A DNA stretch of 64,000 bases, taken from Bacteroidales bacterium UBA6267 (GTDB lineage: Bacteria; Bacteroidota; Bacteroidia; Bacteroidales; UBA1556). Of the stretch, positions 58,078-64,000 are shown piece after piece. Every line of letters starts with the position of its first letter. The first letter of the stretch is position 1. The stretch is taken from NCBI GenBank assembly GCA_002440745.1, contig DJVB01000008.1, positions 17,070 to 81,069 of the forward strand. The letters are read 5' to 3'. The notes under the pieces were generated by a model. The model saw only the letters and a list, made by a program, of their open reading frames with translations, searched no databases and was not told the DNA's origin. The position numbers were made by a program, and so were the translations under genes.

Positions 58078-58080
58078 TTG
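58073..58080 (+). promoter_or_regulatory. Candidate -7 promoter box TAAATTTG for the giant sensor kinase gene
   Basis: Exact TAnnTTTG match about 73 nt upstream of ATG 58153. Confidence 0.4.
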
Positions 58081-58152
58081 GCTGCTCTTAACCAAACTCA
58101 CATTGATTTTTATCGACTGCAACTAACGATGAAATATTAGCCTACTCAAACT

Positions 58153-61100
58153 ATGGAGAACAACGACAACTTGCTAGAATCTTATCAAAAACAGCTAAAC
58201 GAACTTAAAGGTGAACTTGATAAAATTCGCCAAAATGCCAATATAGACAGCGAGAATCATTCGGGTTCGTATTACCATACTGTATTGCATTCCATTGGTG
58301 ATGCGGTGATTACAACCAATCATCATGGACAAATTACTCTGATGAATCCCATAGCCGAGCAACTTACCGGCTGGACAATGAACGATGCGATTGGGCGCCC
58401 TTTAGACGAGGTTTTCGATATCATCAATGAGTTCACAGGCAAGAAAGTGGAAAATCCGGTGGCCTTAGTCTTAAAAAAAGGAGCAGTTGTAGGATTAGCC
58501 AATCACACCATTCTTCGAAGCCGATTGGGATTGAAAACTCCAATTGCCGATAGCGGTGCCCCAATCATCGCTCCTGATGGAGAAATTCAAGGGGTGGTTT
58601 TAGTTTTTCGTGATCAGTCAGGCGAACGTTTTAAAAACCTAATTCAGGAAGTGCGTTTATGCTTAATCGACTATGCACGCGCTTATGATTTCGACAAGTT
58701 TGTAAAATTTTCCCTCGAAAAACTGCTTCTAATTTCGGAATGTAAGTTTATCTTTTATAAGGTTTTAACCCCGGAAAGTACAACCACACGAAACACGTTC
58801 ACTGCATTAAAAACGGATTCAAATCCATGGAGTTTGGAAGTCGAAAATATTGATGAACTTGTAAACTCTGACGGTTTGAAAGGTTCTCTTTTGGAGAAAA
58901 TTCCGGTTAAATTGGATAGCATTTCGGATTCTTTTCAAGGGTTCTCAGCCAAAATCCTTACTGAAATTGAACAACTGTCTCTTATTCCGGTTGTAAAAAA
59001 TGATGCGGTTTCTGCTGTGCTCGGACTGATTTCCAATGAGACGAATTCTTGCGAGATTGATTTGGAATTGTTCCATTATTTGGCTGACGTCTTCTATGAA
59101 GTTGCCGATAAAAAGCTTAAAGATGAGTTACTTCTGGTCCAATCGGCTCAACTTGAAGAGCGCATCAAAGAGCTTGAATGTTTGTATCAATTAACTTCAT
59201 TAAACAATGATGCTAATCTTTCAGAGGAAGAGTTTTTCCAAAAAGCGGTTTGTCTGATTCCTCCGGCCTGGCAGTTTTCTTCTCCTTGTTCAGCTATTTT
59301 AACTATTGATAATCAGATTTATACAAGTAAGCCTGAAAAAGATCGAAAGACCTCCATCAAAGAATTTATTCGCTCTTCGGAAAAGGTTTATGGTTCGATT
59401 GAGGTGTTTTATTCTGATGAAAATCTTAGGTTTTTAGAAGAGGAAATTAATCTTCTAAAAACTATTGCTGACATCATCTCGCAATACATAATTTCGCGGG
59501 AAGTAAGCCGAGAGAAAAATCAAATCAAGTCTCTATTTCAGACGCTTTTCAACGAAAGTCCTCTTCCGGTTTCCATTTATCGCACTGATGGCGGAAAGAT
59601 AGATATGGTCAACAAAGCTTGGGAAAAGTTTTACGGATATAAAGCTGAGGATGTAGTTGGAAAAACTGTGGTAGAAGCCGGACTTGTTGATAATCAGGAT
59701 TTTGAAAAATTGTATCAACAGTTTCGGATTAGAGGTGGTTTAGATAGTCGAGAGACAACAACTCGTGTTTCGACCGGTGAGATTAAAGAAGTACTTTCTT
59801 CCGTTAAGGAAATTAGAATCAATGATCAATCCTATATCCTAAATGTTATTGTTGATGTTAGCGAAAAAAAGCAGGACGAACGGCTGATTCGTGAGCAGCA
59901 AGAAAACTTACGAATTACTTTAGAATCCATTGGAGATGGAGTAATAGCAACCGATTTGGAAGGAAGAATTACTCGTTTAAATCCTGTGGCACAGCTTCTT
60001 ACCGGTTATTCGGATGAAGAAGCGATTGGGATGCCTTTGACAGATGTTTTCAAAATTTTTCATGCAATAACCGGTGAAAAGGCTATCAATCCTGTCCTAC
60101 GTGTTTTAAAGGAAGGCATAGTTGTAGGTTTGGCCAACCACACAAAATTGATTTCCAAAACTGGTAAAGAGTACCATATTGCCGACTCTGCCGCTCCCAT
60201 ACGCGATGTTAATGGGCAAATGAAAGGTGTGGTGATGGTTTTCAGAGATGTGACTAAGGAGTATGAAATGCGCGAGAAAATTGAGGCAAGGGAGTCGATG
60301 TATCGAGCTATTTTTGAAAATACCGGAACAGCATCCAGTCTTATTGAAGCGGACGGAACAATTATGGTTGCTAATCACCGGTTTTCGCTACTTGCCCAAC
60401 AGCCATTAAGGGAGATTGAGAAAAAAAGAAAATGGACGGAATTTGTGGTGCAGGAAGATTTGGATAGGATGATGGAGCAGCATAAACTCAGAAGAATTAA
60501 CCGTGAAGTGGCCTTGCGCGAATATCAATTTCGGTTTCTGACTGCAAACAAGGAAATTAGGCATATTTTCCTAACGGTCGATTTGATTCCCGGAACGACC
60601 ATGAGCATTGCTTCTTTACAAGATATTACCGACTTAGTAAATAATGAAGCGGCCCTGAAAGCGAGTGAATTACGTTTTAGGTCCTTTGTTGAAAACGCCA
60701 ATGACATTGTTTATTCTGTTAGTCCTGAAGGAATTTTTACTTATGTTTCTCCTAATTGGGAAGAGCAGCTTGGCGAGCCTGCCGAAAATGCAATTGGAAA
60801 AAACATTTCCGATTATGTTCATCCAGAAGATGTTCATTTATGCTATAACTTTTTATCAAAAGTATTGGAAACCGGTGAGAAGCAATCCGGTGTTGAATAT
60901 CGCGTAAAACATAAAGACGGCTCCTACCGATGGCACTCTTCTAATGGGTCGATATTTAAAGATGACGAGGGAAATCTTTTGTATTATATGGGCATTGCCA
61001 GAGATATAACACAAACGAAAATCGCACAAGAAGCCCTAATATTTAATGAGAACAAGCTTCGTAATATCTTAGATAATTCGGCAGATGCAGTGTTTATTTC

Positions 61101-64000
61101 TAACTCGGAAGGGTTTTTTAATTATGTAAATCAAGAAGCTGTACAATTTTTAGGATGGAGTGAGCACGAGCTTCTTAAAATGCACATTGCTGATATTACT
61201 CCCCCCGATTGGCAACAAAAACGAATGGAGCAATTTCAAGCTTTGTTAAAAAAGGGAATAATGTTGATAGAATTGGATTTGCTTAAAGCCGACGGAAGTA
61301 CTATTGAGGTGGAATTAAATGCAACAGTATTGCCCGATGGAAACGTTTTTGGTAGTTGCCGTGATATTTCAGAACGAAAAAGACAGCAATTACAAATTCA
61401 ATTTAATGAACAGAGATACAGAAACTTAGTTAATGAAATGCAGTTGGGTCTTGCTCTTCATGAGCTCATTTTCGATGATAGCGGAAATCCAATGGATTAT
61501 AGGTTTCTTGAAGTTAACAAAGCGTTTTTACAACTCACAGGTTTATCTTCTGATATCATAGGTAAAACTGTTTTGGAGGCTCTTCCCGGTACAGAGCAAT
61601 TTTGGATTGAACGTTACGGAGAGGTTGTTTTAACCGGAAATCCTATAAGCTTTGAAAACTATGCCTCCGAATTGAATCGTCATTATTCTGTTCGCGCATA
61701 CCGACATTCTGAAAATCAGTTTGCTGTTTTGGTGGAAGATATTACATCACGAAAACAGATTTCTGAAGAAGTTTTTGAACACCGCCGACAGCTTTCCACT
61801 TTATTTAACAATCTTCCCGGCCTTGCTTATCGTTGCAGAAATGATGAGTTCTACACAATGGAATTCCTCTCAAAAGGATGTCACGATTTGACAGGTTATA
61901 AATCAGAAGATTTAATTGAAAATAGAATTAAATCATATTTCAGTATGATTTATCCTGACGATAGAAATTATGTCAAAGCTAAAATTGACGAAAGTTTAGC
62001 AATAAATCGACCTTTTGAGATAGAATACAGAATCGTAAGAAAAAATGGTGAAATTCGTTGGGTTTGGGAAAAAGGGCGTAAAGTTTCAAAGAGTATAGAT
62101 GGTATAGAAGTGCTTGAAGGACTGATTAATGACATAACCGACCGTAAGCAAATGGAGTTAGAGTTGCAGGATGCGTTGGCTCGAAATCAAGCACATAAAG
62201 AGGCAAATCCTGATATGTTGTTTATCTTCAATTCTGAGTGCAAGATTATTGACTTTAGTGCTCCTCAGCCTGTTCAGAAACTATTAGTTATGTTGCCTGA
62301 GCAATTCCTCGATAAGCTAATTGAAGAAGTAATGCCGGGGAAAATTGCAGATATGACCCGTGAAAAGGTGTCTTCTGTTCTAACGACCGGAGAACCTGCA
62401 ATTTCGGAATACAGTCTTGAAATTGGCGGGCAAACTCAATATTTTGAAGCTCGATATGTTAAGGGCAGTCAAAACGAAGTCCTTGCAATCGTTAGAAATG
62501 ATACCGAAAAGGTTTTAACACAAAAAGCACTCGTTGCAAGTGAAGAGAAATTTCGTAATCTCTTTCAAAAACACTCTGCTATTAAATTGATAATCAAGCC
62601 GTCAACGGGTGAGATTGTCGAAGCCAATGATGCTGCAGCTGCCTACTATGGTTGGTCCGTTGATGAACTTTGCCAAATGAAAATAAGCGAAATCAATACT
62701 TTAAACACATGGCAAGTGAAAAAAGAAATGATTCGCGCCAGAGATCAGGATAATGTTCATTTTATCTTTAAACATCGAAAAGCAGATGGCTCTTTTGCTG
62801 ATGTGGAGGTCTTTAGCAGTAGAATTAACATTGACGGTGAAGATTTTTTACACTCAGTAATTCACGATGTTACCGAAAAAATTAAAGCTGAAGAAAGGCT
62901 TAGATTACTTAGTCGGTCGGTTGAACAAAACCCTGTCAGTATTGTTATTACCGATTCCTCTGGAAATATAGAATATGTGAATCCTGCCTTTTCTCGAATT
63001 ACAGGTTATTCCTTGCAAGAAGCTATTGGGCAAAACCCACGAATTCTGAAATCCGGACGACATAGTCAGGAATTTTATAAGAATCTTTGGGGAACCATTC
63101 TTTCAGGAAAAGATTGGCATGGGGAATTGCTCAATGTCAACAAAGCCGGTGGGGAGTATTGGGAAAATGTCGTTATCTCGCCTATTGTTAATGATGCCGG
63201 AAAAATCACTCATTTTGTGGCAGTTAAAGAAGATATCAGCGACAAAAAGAAAATGATTCACGACCTCACTATTGCCAAAGAAAAAGCTGAGGAAAGCGAC
63301 CGGCTGAAGTCGGCATTTTTGGCAAATATGAGTCACGAAATCCGAACTCCCATGAACGGCATCATAGGTTTTACTGGTTTGCTGAAAGATAGTGACCTTA
63401 CCGGAGAAGAGCGCTTGCAGTTTATCGAAATTATTCAACGGAGCGGTCAGCGAATGCTTAATACGGTCAACGATTTAATCGATATTTCTAAGATTGAAAC
63501 TGGTCAAATGCCGGTTATTTTCTCAGAATTCGATATCTTTGAAAAAACCGAGAGCTTATTTCAATTCTTCTTGTTAGAGGCTTCCGACAAAGGAGTCTCT
63601 TTGAGATTTGACTACAACCTAAAACCAAACTGTCGCATTATCCGCTCCGATGAAGTGAAAATAGATTCCATTTTTACAAATCTGATTAAAAATGCCATCA
63701 AATACACCGATGAGGGTTATATAACTATCTCATTGATTTCTAATGGAAAAGGTGTTGAGTTTAGTGTTGCTGATACCGGAATTGGCATTCCACCTGAACG
63801 ACAAGGAGCAGTTTTCAATAGGTTTGAACAAGCTGATGTGGCCGACAAACGAGCGTTTCAAGGCTCAGGTTTAGGATTGACCATCACCAAAGCTTATGTC
63901 GAAATGCTCGGCGGAAACATTACTTTGGAATCAGAATTAGGAAAGGGGAGCAAGTTTACAGTGGTCTTTCCTGAGATCGATTTTTGCGCAAAAGAGGAGG
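58153..64000 (+). CDS. Giant multi-PAS sensor histidine kinase, 3-prime partial (11 PAS-like modules, GAF-like region, unassigned module, HisKA, HATPase_c)
   Basis: Not in the ORF track, because it has no in-window stop. In-frame TAG at 58138-58140, ATG at 58153, then 1,949 codons translated by hand with no stop. There are eleven PAS-terminal D(I/V)(T/S)-type motifs. H-box ANMSHEIRTPMNG (His codon 63334-63336), N-box NLIKNAIKYT, DTGIGIP, GSGLGLT. Confidence 0.9.
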   Translation, partial: MENNDNLLESYQKQLNELKGELDKIRQNANIDSENHSGSYYHTVLHSIGDAVITTNHHGQITLMNPIAEQLTGWTMNDAIGRPLDEVFDIINEFTGKKVENPVALVLKKGAVVGLANHTILRSRLGLKTPIADSGAPIIAPDGEIQGVVLVFRDQSGERFKNLIQEVRLCLIDYARAYDFDKFVKFSLEKLLLISECKFIFYKVLTPESTTTRNTFTALKTDSNPWSLEVENIDELVNSDGLKGSLLEKIPVKLDSISDSFQGFSAKILTEIEQLSLIPVVKNDAVSAVLGLISNETNSCEIDLELFHYLADVFYEVADKKLKDELLLVQSAQLEERIKELECLYQLTSLNNDANLSEEEFFQKAVCLIPPAWQFSSPCSAILTIDNQIYTSKPEKDRKTSIKEFIRSSEKVYGSIEVFYSDENLRFLEEEINLLKTIADIISQYIISREVSREKNQIKSLFQTLFNESPLPVSIYRTDGGKIDMVNKAWEKFYGYKAEDVVGKTVVEAGLVDNQDFEKLYQQFRIRGGLDSRETTTRVSTGEIKEVLSSVKEIRINDQSYILNVIVDVSEKKQDERLIREQQENLRITLESIGDGVIATDLEGRITRLNPVAQLLTGYSDEEAIGMPLTDVFKIFHAITGEKAINPVLRVLKEGIVVGLANHTKLISKTGKEYHIADSAAPIRDVNGQMKGVVMVFRDVTKEYEMREKIEARESMYRAIFENTGTASSLIEADGTIMVANHRFSLLAQQPLREIEKKRKWTEFVVQEDLDRMMEQHKLRRINREVALREYQFRFLTANKEIRHIFLTVDLIPGTTMSIASLQDITDLVNNEAALKASELRFRSFVENANDIVYSVSPEGIFTYVSPNWEEQLGEPAENAIGKNISDYVHPEDVHLCYNFLSKVLETGEKQSGVEYRVKHKDGSYRWHSSNGSIFKDDEGNLLYYMGIARDITQTKIAQEALIFNENKLRNILDNSADAVFISNSEGFFNYVNQEAVQFLGWSEHELLKMHIADITPPDWQQKRMEQFQALLKKGIMLIELDLLKADGSTIEVELNATVLPDGNVFGSCRDISERKRQQLQIQFNEQRYRNLVNEMQLGLALHELIFDDSGNPMDYRFLEVNKAFLQLTGLSSDIIGKTVLEALPGTEQFWIERYGEVVLTGNPISFENYASELNRHYSVRAYRHSENQFAVLVEDITSRKQISEEVFEHRRQLSTLFNNLPGLAYRCRNDEFYTMEFLSKGCHDLTGYKSEDLIENRIKSYFSMIYPDDRNYVKAKIDESLAINRPFEIEYRIVRKNGEIRWVWEKGRKVSKSIDGIEVLEGLINDITDRKQMELELQDALARNQAHKEANPDMLFIFNSECKIIDFSAPQPVQKLLVMLPEQFLDKLIEEVMPGKIADMTREKVSSVLTTGEPAISEYSLEIGGQTQYFEARYVKGSQNEVLAIVRNDTEKVLTQKALVASEEKFRNLFQKHSAIKLIIKPSTGEIVEANDAAAAYYGWSVDELCQMKISEINTLNTWQVKKEMIRARDQDNVHFIFKHRKADGSFADVEVFSSRINIDGEDFLHSVIHDVTEKIKAEERLRLLSRSVEQNPVSIVITDSSGNIEYVNPAFSRITGYSLQEAIGQNPRILKSGRHSQEFYKNLWGTILSGKDWHGELLNVNKAGGEYWENVVISPIVNDAGKITHFVAVKEDISDKKKMIHDLTIAKEKAEESDRLKSAFLANMSHEIRTPMNGIIGFTGLLKDSDLTGEERLQFIEIIQRSGQRMLNTVNDLIDISKIETGQMPVIFSEFDIFEKTESLFQFFLLEASDKGVSLRFDYNLKPNCRIIRSDEVKIDSIFTNLIKNAIKYTDEGYITISLISNGKGVEFSVADTGIGIPPERQGAVFNRFEQADVADKRAFQGSGLGLTITKAYVEMLGGNITLESELGKGSKFTVVFPEIDFCAKEE

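Noticed and set aside
59533-63438. Five short ORFs listed by the track (59533-59718, 60106-60378, 60525-60707 and 63103-63438 on the minus strand, 60665-60907 on the plus strand)
   Set aside because: All lie inside the continuous frame +1 kinase ORF. They are either antisense to it (63103-63438 is codon-aligned with it) or off-frame, and none has recognisable motifs.
1-64000. Search for CRISPR arrays, transposases, integrases, phage or defence-system genes, rRNA
   Set aside because: I saw no regularly spaced direct repeats, no recombinase, transposase or reverse-transcriptase-like ORFs, and no rRNA-like sequence. The window reads as stable core chromosome.

Overview
AT-rich chromosomal segment that looks like Bacteroidota. 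The evidence is four proteins with T9SS C-terminal sorting domains, a gldD/gldE pair, recurrent TAnnTTTG -7 promoter boxes 20-80 nt upstream of start codons, and tight co-directional operons. Most of the window is core metabolism and translation: murF, anmK, gcvH, holB, ssb, dusB, nadD, gmk, yicC, glnS, aspS, rsmD, ettA and one tRNA-Gln(CUG). Respiration is represented by a six-gene SCO-caa3 oxidase-heme O synthase operon, a separate three-gene NrfC/NrfD/cytochrome c module, and an HdrD/DsrMK-like Fe-S pair. Signalling genes are unusually dense: a CheB-CheR-PAS fusion with a PAS kinase, an OmpR-type two-component pair, and a pseudo-receiver LuxR regulator next to a hemerythrin-like protein. 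I found no rRNA, CRISPR array, transposase, integrase or phage genes. Four observations stand out. (1) Frame +1 is open from ATG 58153 to the last base (1,949 codons). It encodes an 11-PAS sensor histidine kinase that the ORF track omits because it has no in-window stop. (2) A stand-alone homolog of the archaeal-type ThrRS editing domain (57598-58008) sits 23 nt downstream of an ABC-F ATPase. (3) A Tat-exported 4Fe-4S protein, an NrfD-like membrane protein and a membrane-anchored monoheme cytochrome c form a module with no catalytic subunit, possibly a minimal quinol:cytochrome c oxidoreductase. (4) A tightly packed LTD / beta-propeller / OprO-P-type porin / LTD-T9SS operon has no assigned function. 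All functional calls come from motif and family recognition by eye. No database search was run. Hand-derived non-CDS coordinates may be off by about 1 nt.
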